DNA of 64,000 nt, taken from positions 37,777 to 101,776 of the forward strand of contig NZ_JAFBAR010000104.1 in NCBI RefSeq assembly GCF_019247635.1, written 5' to 3'. The notes beneath the pieces were generated by a model. It had not been told where the DNA came from and did not search any database. It saw only the letters and a program-made list of their open reading frames with translations. Made by a program: the position numbers and the translations under genes. The DNA is from Mycobacterium sp. (GTDB taxonomy: Bacteria; Actinomycetota; Actinomycetes; Mycobacteriales; Mycobacteriaceae). Below, piece by piece: positions 45,090-55,355 of this stretch (position 1 is the stretch's first letter; each line of letters opens with the position of its first letter).

Positions 45090-46202
45090 CTACCCAGAAG
45101 CTCGCGACATCCACCTGTCCTCGATCCGGCCCCAGTGCCAGACGAGCAGCGCGAGGGCCCAGGTGAAGACGAACATGCCGACGACCACGAAACCGACGGT
45201 GTTGAGGTCGAGACCGGCAAGCCAGTCCCAGAACGGTCCCCGCCACCCCAGCTGGCCCGCGAACAGGCCCAACAGTTCGACGCTGCCGATGAGCAGGGCG
45301 ACGGCCACCGACAGAGCGGTGATGGTGATGTTGTAGTAGATCTTGCGCACAGGGTTGGCGAAGGCCCACCCGTAGGCGAAGTTCATGAACGAGCCGTCGA
45401 TGGTGTCCAGCAGGCACATGCCGGCGGTGAACAGCACCGGCAGGCACAGGATGGCGTACCAAGGCAGCCCCGCCGCCGCGCTCGTCCCCGCCAGCACCAG
45501 CAGCGCGATCTCGGTGGCCGTGTCGAAGCCCAGCCCGAACAGCAAGCCGACCGGGTACATGTGCCAGGACTTGGTAATCGACTTGGTGACCCGGCCCAGA
45601 AACCGGTTGATCAACCCGCGACTGTTGAGTTGCTGTTCGAGTTCGGCCTCGACGTACTCCCCCCGGCGCAGTCGCGCGAATACGCGCAGGATACCGACCA
45701 GGACGACGATGTTAAGGATGGCAATCAGATAGAGGAACACCCCGGACACCGAAGTGCCGATCAACCCGGTGTAGTGATGCAGCGTGGAGGAGTCATCCTC
45801 GACCGGGCCGACGATGGCCTTGACCCCGATCGCCAGCAACAGCGCGAGCCCGAAGACCACCGTGGAGTGGCCGAGTGAGAAGAAGAACCCGACGGCCAGC
45901 GGGCGTTGTCCGTCGCTCATCAGCTTGCGGGTGGTGTTGTCGATGGCCGCGATATGATCGGCGTCGAACGCGTGCCGCATGCCCAAGGTGTAGGCGGTGA
46001 GGCCCACGCCCACGCCAAACGCTTTGCCGCCCAGGCTGAGCCGTTCGGGTTCGACGACGCAGACCAGGATGATCCAGCCGATCAGGTGGAGCGCGACAAT
46101 GACCGCCGCCATCGATGCGAGCCGCCACCACTCCGCCGGCGACAAGGCATCGCGCAATTGCGACCACCGCGACGACGGGCGGGCTAGCTCACTGCTGGTC
46201 AT
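45090..46202 (-). CDS. nicT: NiCoT (HoxN/HupN/NixA)-family nickel/cobalt permease
   Basis: I chose ATG at 46202, preceded by GGAAGGA. RHAFDADHIAAIDN is the HX4DH NiCoT signature, and LGFDTATE is also present. The protein has 8 TM segments, and its 370-aa length is close to remembered Rv2856. The tracked 459-aa ORF is over-extended. Confidence 0.9.
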   Translation of the reverse strand: MTSSELARPSSRWSQLRDALSPAEWWRLASMAAVIVALHLIGWIILVCVVEPERLSLGGKAFGVGVGLTAYTLGMRHAFDADHIAAIDNTTRKLMSDGQRPLAVGFFFSLGHSTVVFGLALLLAIGVKAIVGPVEDDSSTLHHYTGLIGTSVSGVFLYLIAILNIVVLVGILRVFARLRRGEYVEAELEQQLNSRGLINRFLGRVTKSITKSWHMYPVGLLFGLGFDTATEIALLVLAGTSAAAGLPWYAILCLPVLFTAGMCLLDTIDGSFMNFAYGWAFANPVRKIYYNITITALSVAVALLIGSVELLGLFAGQLGWRGPFWDWLAGLDLNTVGFVVVGMFVFTWALALLVWHWGRIEDRWMSRASG

Positions 46203-46265
46203 GTCGGTCCTTCCAACATCGGAGAGAACACAACAGTGCCGACTGTAGGTTCGTTGCGACGCTGG

Positions 46266-46282
46266 ATGCAAGTAGCTCGCAA
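46266..46282. promoter_or_regulatory. Nur-box-like repeat (ATGCAA-gtagc-TCGCAA) at the exact centre of the divergent nicT / fur-family intergenic region
   Basis: Read directly from the sequence. Its centre (46274) falls at the midpoint of the gap 46203-46344. A further half-site TTGCGA lies 6 nt upstream at 46254-46259. Confidence 0.4.
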
Positions 46283-46344
46283 GACGGGCTGCGAGGCCGA
46301 AAGCCAGACTGGCAATCGCGGGTGTCCGGCGCGACACTGAACGG

Positions 46345-46836
46345 GTGACGTCGAAGCCGTCGGCTCTGGACCCGGCCGTCACCGAACGCATCGGTGATCT
46401 GCTGCGCGCCCGTGGGCTGCGGCGGATGGCCTCGCGGATCCAGGTGTTAGCTGTTCTCGAGCCGGTCAACGGCCATCTGCCCGTGGCGGAAATCCATCAG
46501 CGGCTGCGCGCGGAGCTGCCACCCGGCGCCCAGCTCCCGGACCTGGCGACCATTTACCGGACGGTGACCACTCTGGTCGAGCAGGGGGTGCTGCACGCGT
46601 TGACCCTGGACGGCGGTGTGACCACCTACGGGTTGGCGACCGCCCCGCACCACCATGCGGTGTGCACCCGCTGCGGCTCGATCATCGAGGTGCCGGCGGG
46701 CCGGCTCAGCTCGGCACTGGAGCACGCCATGGCGGGTAGTTCGTTCGCGCTGTCGGAACGGGCCGGCCTGACGCTGCACGGCCTGTGTCCGCAGTGCCAG
46801 GACCTGGGCAACGATCCGCGGCCGCGTAGCGGCTAG
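46345..46836 (+). CDS. Fur-family metalloregulator (candidate nickel-responsive, Nur-like)
   Basis: A winged HTH (RIQVLAVL...IYRTVTTLVEQGVL) is present. The metal-site residues are APHHHAVCTRCG and HGLCPQC (HHH plus two CxxC). The gene is divergent from nicT. Metal specificity is inferred from context only. Confidence 0.85.
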   Translation: MTSKPSALDPAVTERIGDLLRARGLRRMASRIQVLAVLEPVNGHLPVAEIHQRLRAELPPGAQLPDLATIYRTVTTLVEQGVLHALTLDGGVTTYGLATAPHHHAVCTRCGSIIEVPAGRLSSALEHAMAGSSFALSERAGLTLHGLCPQCQDLGNDPRPRSG

Positions 46837-48212
46837 CGCAGCCCCAGCAAGGCGTTTTCCACCACCTCGGGCAGTGCCGGGTGGATCCAGTACTGGCCGC
46901 GGGCCATTTCCGGGGCAGTGAGCCCAAAGCTCATCGCTTGGATCAGCGGCTGGATGATCGAGGATGCCTGGTGGCCCATGATATGCGCACCCAGCAGGCA
47001 TCCGCTGTTGCGTTCGGCGACGAGCTTCACGATCCCGATGGTGTCTTCCATCGCCCAGCCGTATGCCACGTCGGAATAGTCTTGTATCGTGACAGACACG
47101 TCGAAACCCCTTGCAATGGCCTGATTTTCGGTCAGTCCCACGCTGGCGATCTGGGGATCGGTGAACACGGCCGAGGGCACGAATCGGTGGTCGGTGGCCG
47201 CCATCGACTCGGTGTCGTCCCAGTCGCAGAACAGATTGTGCTGCACGACGCGGGCCTCGTGGTTGGCGACGTGCTTGAGCTGATACGGCGAAGAGACGTC
47301 GCCCAGCGCGAAAACCCCACGTGCCGAGGTCCTTTGGTATTCATCGACCACAATGCGGCCGTCCGCGAGCTGCACGCCGGCCTGCTCGGCATTCAGCAGA
47401 TCGGCGTTGGACATCCGGCCGGTGGCCACCAGCAACAGGTCGGCATCCAGCGTGGAACCGTCGTCGAGCTCCAGCGCCAGGCCGGAACCGCGATCGGTGG
47501 CGCCGACGACAGTGCGGTGGGTGCGCAGCTCCCACTTGCTCGAGGCGATGCGGGTGAACCGCTCGCAGATGGTGTCATCAGAGTGCCGCAGCATCGTTCC
47601 GCCCCGGATCACCAAGGTCACCCGCGTTCCCAGCGCGGAGAAGATGTGCGCGAATTCGGCTGCTATGTAACCACTCCCGATGATCACCAGGTGTTCGGGC
47701 AACTCCGCGATCCGCATGACGGTGTCGCTGGTGTGGTAGGCGACGCCGGAGGCGCGGATGGCCGGTGGGATGACGGCGCGCGTGCCCGCCGCGATGACAA
47801 CCTGGTCGGCGGTGAACTCTTCACCGGCATCGGTGCGCAACAGATAGCGACCGTCGGGCTGAACCGGCCCGAAGTCGGTGTGCTGCCCGTACACGTCGAC
47901 ATTCGGCGTGGAGCGGCGATAATCCTCCCCGGCCATGGCGATTGGGTCGATCCGCCCGAAGACCCGCGAGACGATGTCGCTCCAGCGCACCCGGTCGATG
48001 CGCGCGTCGACGCCGTAGCGCGACGCCTCGCGGATGGTTGTGGCGACCTCGGCGGCGTAGACAAACATCTTCGTCGGGATGCATCCGACGTTGAGGCAGG
48101 TGCCACCGAATGTGCCCTGCTCGCAGATGGCGACCCTCTTGCCGGCATAGCGCTCGTTGAGAATGCTGTTGCCCGAACCGGTTCCGATGATCGCGATGTC
48201 GTAGGTCTCCAC
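46833..48212 (-). CDS. mtr: Mycothione (mycothiol disulfide) reductase / pyridine-nucleotide-disulfide oxidoreductase
   Basis: I chose GTG at 48212 (VETYDIAIIGTGSGN). The redox-active disulfide is GGTCLNVGCIPTK, and the C-terminal HPALPE carries the catalytic His. The 459-aa length equals remembered Rv2855. Confidence 0.88.
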   Translation of the reverse strand: METYDIAIIGTGSGNSILNERYAGKRVAICEQGTFGGTCLNVGCIPTKMFVYAAEVATTIREASRYGVDARIDRVRWSDIVSRVFGRIDPIAMAGEDYRRSTPNVDVYGQHTDFGPVQPDGRYLLRTDAGEEFTADQVVIAAGTRAVIPPAIRASGVAYHTSDTVMRIAELPEHLVIIGSGYIAAEFAHIFSALGTRVTLVIRGGTMLRHSDDTICERFTRIASSKWELRTHRTVVGATDRGSGLALELDDGSTLDADLLLVATGRMSNADLLNAEQAGVQLADGRIVVDEYQRTSARGVFALGDVSSPYQLKHVANHEARVVQHNLFCDWDDTESMAATDHRFVPSAVFTDPQIASVGLTENQAIARGFDVSVTIQDYSDVAYGWAMEDTIGIVKLVAERNSGCLLGAHIMGHQASSIIQPLIQAMSFGLTAPEMARGQYWIHPALPEVVENALLGLR

Positions 48213-48216
48213 GCTG

Positions 48217-49251
48217 TCACCCCTTCCCAGACGACGCGGGCGCGTCGGTGTTATCGGTGTTGAGGTAGCCGTCCAGCCAGAGGTCCAGTACCCGATAGGC
48301 CATCCGGCGTGGCTCGGGCAGTGACAGGAACACGTCGTGTTTTGCATCGGTTACCGGAATGATGGTGGAGCGGTTGCCAATACAGCCCGCCCATCTGGCG
48401 ATCTGGGTGACGTCGAGAACCGCGTCACCGCTTTGCATGGCCGTCGGGTCGGTGGTTTCCCGCACGCTGTGGTCCGACCGCAGGATTAGATTGGGCACAC
48501 CGACGTCAAGCCCGCGATGCAGCCGCATCTGGCCGCGCCGCACGGCATGCAGCCAGCCCAGGGTGATCGGGAAGCCGCCCAACGGTTTCCACTGCAGGTT
48601 GTAGTCGAATTCACCGCCGTAGTCGCGGTGCAGGGTGGTGCCGTAACCGCCTTCGGAGGGCGGCCGGACCACGCCCTTGGAGCGCACCCGCGACAGGCCG
48701 GCAATCATCGCCGAGGTCACCGGCAGGCGCAGGATCGCCGGGCCATGGAGATCCAGGAACGGGCTGTTGAGAACCAGGCCGCGCACGCCGGCGGGTGCGC
48801 TGGGGCGCCGCCGGCGCAACCGGTCCAGCCATAACGACACGATCAGTCCACCGGCGGAGTGGCCGTACACCAGGACCGTGACGGGACGGCCCGGACGAGT
48901 TTGCTCGCCGATCACCTCCAGCGCGCGTTCGAGTTCCGCGTCGTAGTGCGACAGGTCGGTGATGAAGTGCGGGGTTTGCCCCTCGCGCCGCGACCGGCCG
49001 CACTTCTGCAGGTCCAGTGCATAGAAGGTGAAGCCGCGGGCGGCGAAGTGATCGGCCAGCGCGGTGTTGAAGAAGTAGTCGGTGTAGCCGTGCACCGCGA
49101 GGACCGCGTGATCGCCCCCGGCGATGGGGTCGCGTCGGATCAGGGTTGCGGCGACGTCGCCCTCGCCGGCGGGATCGGGTCCCAGCGGGATGGTGCACTG
49201 CCAGTAGCCAGGCAGGACGTCGGGCACCCAGCCAGTCACCCCAGCGGTCAC
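48217..49251 (-). CDS. Alpha/beta hydrolase (lysophospholipase/monoglyceride-lipase-like, Rv2854-like)
   Basis: AVHGYTDYFF is present. VYGHSAGG is the GxSxG nucleophile elbow, and the C-terminal DAKHDVF carries the catalytic His. Confidence 0.8.
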   Translation of the reverse strand: MTAGVTGWVPDVLPGYWQCTIPLGPDPAGEGDVAATLIRRDPIAGGDHAVLAVHGYTDYFFNTALADHFAARGFTFYALDLQKCGRSRREGQTPHFITDLSHYDAELERALEVIGEQTRPGRPVTVLVYGHSAGGLIVSLWLDRLRRRRPSAPAGVRGLVLNSPFLDLHGPAILRLPVTSAMIAGLSRVRSKGVVRPPSEGGYGTTLHRDYGGEFDYNLQWKPLGGFPITLGWLHAVRRGQMRLHRGLDVGVPNLILRSDHSVRETTDPTAMQSGDAVLDVTQIARWAGCIGNRSTIIPVTDAKHDVFLSLPEPRRMAYRVLDLWLDGYLNTDNTDAPASSGKG

Positions 49252-49407
49252 GGGGCCAGCTTAAAGGGTGGGCCGGCTCTGCCTAGTGTGTTCGGGCGCG
49301 CCCGGTCAGCCGGGCGCGCCGGCCAGGTCGGCGAAGCCCCGGGGCTGCGGTCGACACGAGGGCCCACCTCGGCCGGGATAACCTGACATCGGCACAGCAA
49401 AGGAAGG

Positions 49408-50904
49408 GTGCAAAATCCGGTGACACAGCGAGCCAGGACCGCTGACGTCGTGCTGGTCGGCGCGGGCATCATGAGCGCCACGCTGGGAGCGTTGCTGCGA
49501 CGGCTGGAGCCGGACTGGTCGATCACCCTGATCGAGCGACTGGACGCGGTCGGTGCCGAAAGCAGCAATGCCTGGAACAACGCCGGAACCGGGCACGCCG
49601 GGCTGTGCGAGATGAACTACACCCCGCAGCTTCCGGACGGTTCGATCGACATCAGCAAAGCGGTGCAGATCAACGAGCAGTTCCAGGTGACGCGGCAGTT
49701 CTGGGCCTACGCCGTCGAGAACGGCATCCTGACCGACGTGCGCGGCTTCCTGCGCCCCGTCCCGCACGTCAGTTTCGTGCATGGGGCGCAGCGGGTCGAC
49801 TATCTGCGGCGCCGACAACGTGCGCTGGCGCACAATCCGCTGTTTGCCGGCACCGAGTTCATCGACGATCCGGACGAGTTTGCCCGTCGGCTGCCGTTCA
49901 TGGCCGCCAAGCGTGACTTCCGCGAGCCGGCCGCCCTCAACTGGGCCGCCGACGGCACCGACGTCGACTTCGGCGCGCTGGCCCGACAGCTCGTCGCGTT
50001 CTGTGTGCGCGACGGCGCGACCGCGCTCTTCGGGCACGAGGTGCGTAACTTGTCGCGCCGGCCCGACGGCCGCTGGACGTTGGCCGTCGCCAATCGTCGT
50101 ACCGGCGAAAGGTGCGACCTGAACGCAAAATTCGTGTTCGTCGGTGCCGGGGGTGCCGCGCTGCCGTTGCTGCAGAAGTCCGACATCGGGGAAATCAGGG
50201 GTTTCGCGGGCTTCCCGATCGGCGGCCGGTTCCTCCGCACCCGCAACCCCACATTCACCGCCGCGCACCGGGCCAAGGTGTACGGCTCGCCGTCGCCGGG
50301 AGCCCCGCCGCTGGGGGCGCTGCACCTGGATCTGCGTTTCGTCGACGGTAAGGAGTGGCTGGTGTTCGGTCCGTTTGCGGGCTGGTCACCGAAGTTCTTG
50401 AAGCATGGCCACCGCACCGATCTGCCCAGGTCGGTCAGGTCCGCCAACCTGCGGTCGATGCTCGGCGTGGGCGTCACCGAGTTGGCGCTGCTCAACTATC
50501 TGATCGGCCAATTGCGGCTTTCCCAAGCCGATCGGGTCGACGTGTTGCGCGAATTCGCGCCCGGCGCAACCGATTCGGACTGGGAGCCGACGGTGGCCGG
50601 TCAGCGCGTGCAGGTGATCCGCCGCGACAAACGCCGCGGCGGTGTGCTCGACTTCAGCACTACCGTGGTGGGATCGGCCGACGGCAGCATCGCCGGGCTG
50701 CTCGGCGGCTCGCCGGGCGCCTCGACCGCGGTGCCGATCATGCTCGACGTGCTGCACGGCTGCTTTGCCGACCGGTATCAGGCCTGGCTGCCCACGCTCA
50801 GAGACATGGTTCCGTCATTGGGAGCCAAGCTGTCTCACGAGCCGGCCCTATATGAGGAGGTGCGCACTTGGAGCGCCAAGGTGTTGGAGCTAGGCACGTT
50901 ATGA
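49408..50904 (+). CDS. mqo: Malate:quinone oxidoreductase
   Basis: The N-terminal FAD-binding motif is [26 protein letters not shown] and RFLRT blocks are typical of Mqo. Confidence 0.93.
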   Translation: MQNPVTQRARTADVVLVGAGIMSATLGALLRRLEPDWSITLIERLDAVGAESSNAWNNAGTGHAGLCEMNYTPQLPDGSIDISKAVQINEQFQVTRQFWAYAVENGILTDVRGFLRPVPHVSFVHGAQRVDYLRRRQRALAHNPLFAGTEFIDDPDEFARRLPFMAAKRDFREPAALNWAADGTDVDFGALARQLVAFCVRDGATALFGHEVRNLSRRPDGRWTLAVANRRTGERCDLNAKFVFVGAGGAALPLLQKSDIGEIRGFAGFPIGGRFLRTRNPTFTAAHRAKVYGSPSPGAPPLGALHLDLRFVDGKEWLVFGPFAGWSPKFLKHGHRTDLPRSVRSANLRSMLGVGVTELALLNYLIGQLRLSQADRVDVLREFAPGATDSDWEPTVAGQRVQVIRRDKRRGGVLDFSTTVVGSADGSIAGLLGGSPGASTAVPIMLDVLHGCFADRYQAWLPTLRDMVPSLGAKLSHEPALYEEVRTWSAKVLELGTL

Positions 50905-51371
50905 CCGAATCGCTGCGCCGCGTCTGGGCCAAAGACCTCGACGTCCCAACCCTTTACGAGCTGCTCAAGCTCAGGGTGGAGGTCTTCGTGGTCGAACAGG
51001 CCATCCCCTACCCGGAGCTAGACGGACGCGACCTACTCGCCGAGACTCGGCACTTCTGGCTGGAAACGGCAGAGGGCGAGGTCATTTGCACCCTGCGGCT
51101 GATGGAGGAGCACGCGGGAGGCGAGAAGGTGTTCCGGATCGGCCGGCTGTGCACCAAACGCGAGGCGCGCGGCAAAGGGCACACCACGCGGCTGCTGCGC
51201 GCCGCCCTGGCCGAGGTGGGCGACTACCCATGCCGGATCAACGCGCAGACCTATCTGGCGGAGATGTACGCACAGCACGGTTTCGTCCGTGACGGGGAGG
51301 ATTTTCTCGACGACGGAGTCCCGCACGTGCCGATGCTGCGGCCGGGCAGCCGTCGGTTGGCGAAGCCGTGA
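50901..51371 (+). CDS. GNAT-family acetyltransferase (ElaA-like, Rv2851c-like)
   Basis: ATG at 50901 forms an ATGA overlap with the mqo stop. [16 protein letters not shown] and [10 protein letters not shown] are present. Confidence 0.8.
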   Translation: MTESLRRVWAKDLDVPTLYELLKLRVEVFVVEQAIPYPELDGRDLLAETRHFWLETAEGEVICTLRLMEEHAGGEKVFRIGRLCTKREARGKGHTTRLLRAALAEVGDYPCRINAQTYLAEMYAQHGFVRDGEDFLDDGVPHVPMLRPGSRRLAKP

Positions 51372-53062
51372 AGCCGTATCCGTTTAGCGCGATCGTCGGG
51401 CACGACCAGCTGCGGTTGGCGCTGCTGCTGTGTGCCGTGCGTCCTGAGATCGGCGGGGCCCTGGTCCGCGGCGAAAAGGGCACTGCGAAATCGACGGCCG
51501 TGCGCGGGCTCGCCGCGTTGCTGGCCGCGGCGACCGGTGGCCCGGACAGCGGCCTGGTCGAGATGCCCCTGGGTGCCACCGAGGACCGGGTGATCGGATC
51601 GTTGGATCTGCAGCGGGTGCTGCGCGACGGGGAGCACGCGTTTTCGCCCGGGCTGCTGGCCCGTGCTCACGGCCGCGTGCTCTATGTCGACGAGGTCAAC
51701 CTGCTGCACGACCATCTCGTCGACGTGCTGCTCGACGCCGCCGCGATGGGTCGGGTGCACATCGAGCGTGACGGCATCTCCCATTCACACGAGTCCCGGT
51801 TCGTGCTGATCGGCACGATGAATCCGGAGGAGGGCGAACTGCGCCCACAGCTGCTGGACCGGTTTGGTCTTACTGTCGACGTGCACGCCTCCCGCGACGT
51901 CGACGTGCGGGTGCAGGTCATCCGGCAGCGGATGGCCTACGAGGCCGACCCGGACGGGTTCGCCGACCGCTACGCCGACGCCGACGCCGAGCTGGCCCGC
52001 CGGATCGCCGCCGCGCGGGCACTTGTCGACGATGTGGTGTTGCCGGACAACGAGTTACGCCGCATCGCGACGCTGTGCGCGGCGTTTGACGTCGACGGCA
52101 TGCGGGCCGATCTGGTGGTGGCACGCACCGCGGCCGCGCACGCCGCATGGCGGGCTGCCGACACCGTCGAGGAGCAGGACATCCGGGTGGCCGCCGAGCT
52201 GGCCTTGCCGCACCGACGGCGCCGCGACCCGTTCGACGACCACGGCATCAACCGCGACGAGTTGGATGAGGCGCTGGCGCGGGCCGGCGAATCCCAGGGT
52301 GACCCCGAGCCCGAACCCGACCCGCCGGGCGGCGGTGGCCAGTCCGCCAATGAATCAGCGCCGCAATCGAATTCGCATCCCACCTCGCAGCCTCCTAGCG
52401 CCCCGCGTCCCAGCGCACCGCCGTCGAAGACCTTCCGCACCCGCGCACTGACCGTGCCGGGGGTGGGTGAGGGCGCGCCGGGGCGGCGGTCGCGGGCCCG
52501 CAACAACTCCGGGAGCGTGGTGGCGGCCGCCGACGCCAGCGACCCAAACGCACACGGGCTGCACCTATTCGCCACGCTGCTCGCCGCCGCCGAGCGCGCG
52601 GCGGGTGCCGGGCCGCTGCGTCCCCATCGGGGCGACGTGCGCCGAGCAGTCCGCGAGGGACGCGAGGGCAACCTGGTGATCTTCGTCGTCGACGCGTCCG
52701 GCTCGATGGCAGCGCGGGATCGGATGGCCGCCGTCGGCGGTGCCACGCTGTCGCTGTTGCGCGACGCCTACCAGCGGCGGGACAAGGTGGCGGTGATCAC
52801 CTTCCGCCAGCGCGAGGCGCGGCTGTTGCTTCCGCCGACGTCGTCGGCGCACATCGCCGGCCGGCGACTGGCGCGGTTCGACACTGGCGGCAGAACGCCC
52901 CTCGCCGAGGGCCTGCTGGCCGCGCGCGCACTGATCGTCCGGGAAAGGGTGCGCGACAAGGCCCGGCGCCCGCTGGTGGTGGTGCTCACCGATGGCCGAG
53001 CCACCGCGGGGCCGGATCCGTTGGGCCGCAGCCGAATCGCGGCGGCCCGACTGGTCGCCTAG
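51368..53062 (+). CDS. ChlI/ChlD-type AAA+ magnesium/cobalt-chelatase subunit fusion with a C-terminal vWA domain (Rv2850c-like)
   Basis: The Walker A motif is GEKGTAKST and the Walker B motif is [11 protein letters not shown] Pro/acidic linker follows, and then a vWA MIDAS motif VVDASGSM. Confidence 0.85.
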   Translation: MKPYPFSAIVGHDQLRLALLLCAVRPEIGGALVRGEKGTAKSTAVRGLAALLAAATGGPDSGLVEMPLGATEDRVIGSLDLQRVLRDGEHAFSPGLLARAHGRVLYVDEVNLLHDHLVDVLLDAAAMGRVHIERDGISHSHESRFVLIGTMNPEEGELRPQLLDRFGLTVDVHASRDVDVRVQVIRQRMAYEADPDGFADRYADADAELARRIAAARALVDDVVLPDNELRRIATLCAAFDVDGMRADLVVARTAAAHAAWRAADTVEEQDIRVAAELALPHRRRRDPFDDHGINRDELDEALARAGESQGDPEPEPDPPGGGGQSANESAPQSNSHPTSQPPSAPRPSAPPSKTFRTRALTVPGVGEGAPGRRSRARNNSGSVVAAADASDPNAHGLHLFATLLAAAERAAGAGPLRPHRGDVRRAVREGREGNLVIFVVDASGSMAARDRMAAVGGATLSLLRDAYQRRDKVAVITFRQREARLLLPPTSSAHIAGRRLARFDTGGRTPLAEGLLAARALIVRERVRDKARRPLVVVLTDGRATAGPDPLGRSRIAAARLVA

Positions 53063-53233
53063 GGCGTGGCCGCGGTGGTGGTGGACTGTGAGACGTCGCA
53101 TGTGCGGCTGGGGCTGGCCGGGCAGCTGGCCCGCCAGCTTGGCGCGCCGACCGTGCGGCTCGGGCAGTTGCACGCCGACCATCTCACGCGGGCCGTGCGC
53201 AGCGTGGCCTGAGCAAGCGAGAGATAACCGTCC

Positions 53234-53857
53234 ATGCCCCAGGGAAATCCGCTCCAGGTGCCCGACGACGGCTTGACCACCCGGGCTCGGCGCAACGCGC
53301 CGATCCTGGCGGTGCACACCGGTGCGGGCAAGGGCAAGTCGACCGCGGCGTTCGGGATGGCGTTGCGGGCGTGGAACATCGGATTGGACATCGCGGTCTT
53401 TCAGTTCGTCAAGAGCGCCAAGTGGAAGGTGGGTGAGGAGGCGGCGTTTCGCCAACTCGGCCAGCTGCACGACCAGAACGGGGTCGGCGGCGCGGTGGAA
53501 TGGCACAAGATGGGTGCGGGCTGGTCCTGGACGCGTAAGCCGCACACGGCCGGCGGCGACGCCGACCACGCCGCCGTGGCTGCCGACGGCTGGGCGGAGA
53601 TCGCGCGCCGGCTGGCCGCGCAACGCCACGACTTCTATGTGCTCGACGAATTCACCTACCCGCTGAAGTGGGGCTGGATCGACGTCGACGACGTGGTGGA
53701 CGTCCTGCTGGCAAGGCCCGGCCACCAGCATGTGGTGATCACCGGGCGCGACGCCCCACCGCGGCTTGTGGAGGCCGCCGACCTGGTCACCGACATGACC
53801 AAGGTCAAGCACCCGATGGACGCCGGCCGCAAGGGGCAGAAGGGCATCGAGTGGTGA
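53234..53857 (+). CDS. cobO: Cob(I)yrinic acid a,c-diamide adenosyltransferase
   Basis: The P-loop HTGAGKGKSTAAFG is present, together with LDEFTY and ITGR motifs. Confidence 0.92.
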   Translation: MPQGNPLQVPDDGLTTRARRNAPILAVHTGAGKGKSTAAFGMALRAWNIGLDIAVFQFVKSAKWKVGEEAAFRQLGQLHDQNGVGGAVEWHKMGAGWSWTRKPHTAGGDADHAAVAADGWAEIARRLAAQRHDFYVLDEFTYPLKWGWIDVDDVVDVLLARPGHQHVVITGRDAPPRLVEAADLVTDMTKVKHPMDAGRKGQKGIEW

Positions 53858-53969
53858 GCGCGGTCTCGCCTCCTGGCGAGCTGGGGGCACCTCCCGCTTG
53901 CGAGGGAGCGTGTCGGTGCGACGACACGCCGTGTCGCGTGGCATTGGGCGCACGCTCGCGGGTCGTGAC
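53858..53969. repeat. MIRU-related intergenic segment between cobO and cobB
   Basis: It shares the 20-nt core TGGGGCACCTCCCGCTTGCG (53882-53901) with the pyrH-frr repeat (7359-7378). The remainder is only loosely similar. Confidence 0.4.
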
Positions 53970-55355
53970 GTGACACCCGCGGTGGTGATTGCCGCACCCG
54001 CGTCGGGCAGCGGAAAGACCACGATCGCAACGGGTTTGATCGGCGCGCTGCGTCAGGCGGGCCACGCGGTCGCGCCGTTCAAGGTCGGCCCGGACTTCAT
54101 CGACCCCGGCTACCACGCCCTGGCCGCCGGGCGGCCCGGCCGCAACCTCGACCCCGTATTGGTCGGGGACGGGCTCATCGGCCCGCTCTACGCGCACGGC
54201 ACCCGCGACGCGGACGTCGCCGTGATCGAGGGCGCGATGGGCCTGTTCGACGGGCGCATCGATCCGTCCGCGACCATCCCGGCGACAGGCTCCACCGCGC
54301 ACGTCGCGGGCCTGCTGGGCGCGCCGGTGCTGCTGGTGGTCGATGCGCGCGGCCAGAGCCACAGCATCGCCGCACTGCTGCAGGGCTTTGCCACGTTCGA
54401 CAACACCATCCGGATAGCCGGGGTGATCCTCAACCGGGTCGGGTCGCAACGGCATGAGCAAGTGCTGCGACAGGCGTGCGAGCAGACCGGAGTGCCGGTG
54501 CTGGGTGCCATTCCCCGCACCGACGAATTGCAGCTTCCGACAAGGTATCTGGGTCTGGTGACCGCAGCGGAGTACGGCCGTCATGCGCAACTGGCGGTCG
54601 AGGCGATGACGGCGCTGGTGGCCCGCCACGTCGACCTCGGCGCGGTCATCAGGGCCGCCGGTGCCCGCTCGGTTGGCCCGTCGTGGGATCCCGCGGTAGC
54701 CGAGGTGCCGGGCCGGCGACCCACCGTCGCGCTGGCGGCGGGAAAGGCATTCAGCTTCGGCTACGCCGAGCACGCCGAGCTGTTGCGGGCCGCCGGTGCC
54801 GAAGTCGTCGAGTTCGACCCGCTGAGCGAAACACTGCCCGACGGGACGAGCGCGGTGCTGTTGCCGGGCGGTTTCCCCGAGCAGTTCGCCGCGGAGCTGT
54901 CCGGCAACGACGCGGTGCGCCGACAGATCAACGAGCTGGCGGCCAACGGCGCGCCGGTGCACGCCGAATGCGCCGGGCTCATTTATTTGGTCTCCGAACT
55001 CGACGGCTATCCGATGTGCGGTGTGCTGGGCGGGACGGCGCGGTTCACCCCGCACCTGAGGTTGGGGTACCGCGACGCCGTCGCGGTCGCGGACTCGGCG
55101 CTGTACTCGGTGGGGCAGCGGGTCGTGGGACACGAATTCCACCGCACCGCAGTCACATTCACCGAGAGCTACCAGCCAGCGTGGGTTTATCGGGGACACG
55201 ACGTGGATTCCGTTCGCGACGGCTTGCTAGAAGGGGCGGTGCACGCCGGCGTGCACGCGGCGTACCTGCACACCCACCCCGCCGCGACCCCCGAGGCGGT
55301 GGCCCGCTTCGTCGCAAACGCCGCGGCTCACCCTCGCACTAAGCTTGCCCGGTGA
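53970..55355 (+). CDS. cobB: Cobyrinic acid a,c-diamide synthase
   Basis: I prefer GTG at 53970 (VTPAVVIAAPASGSGKTT, a P-loop). The C-terminal GATase has ECAGLIYL (nucleophile Cys) and GHEFH. The tracked upstream start lies in the repeat. Confidence 0.9.
   Translation: MTPAVVIAAPASGSGKTTIATGLIGALRQAGHAVAPFKVGPDFIDPGYHALAAGRPGRNLDPVLVGDGLIGPLYAHGTRDADVAVIEGAMGLFDGRIDPSATIPATGSTAHVAGLLGAPVLLVVDARGQSHSIAALLQGFATFDNTIRIAGVILNRVGSQRHEQVLRQACEQTGVPVLGAIPRTDELQLPTRYLGLVTAAEYGRHAQLAVEAMTALVARHVDLGAVIRAAGARSVGPSWDPAVAEVPGRRPTVALAAGKAFSFGYAEHAELLRAAGAEVVEFDPLSETLPDGTSAVLLPGGFPEQFAAELSGNDAVRRQINELAANGAPVHAECAGLIYLVSELDGYPMCGVLGGTARFTPHLRLGYRDAVAVADSALYSVGQRVVGHEFHRTAVTFTESYQPAWVYRGHDVDSVRDGLLEGAVHAGVHAAYLHTHPAATPEAVARFVANAAAHPRTKLAR

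Noticed and set aside
44991-45878. 295-aa ORF on the plus strand, plus similar long antisense ORFs at 53805-55199, 25794-26918, 56711-57784, 46881-48263, 52565-54022 and 49306-50325
   Set aside because: Each is antisense to a gene with clear family motifs (nicT, cobB, aldC, efpA, mtr, chelatase/cobO, mqo). I regard them as GC-driven open frames.
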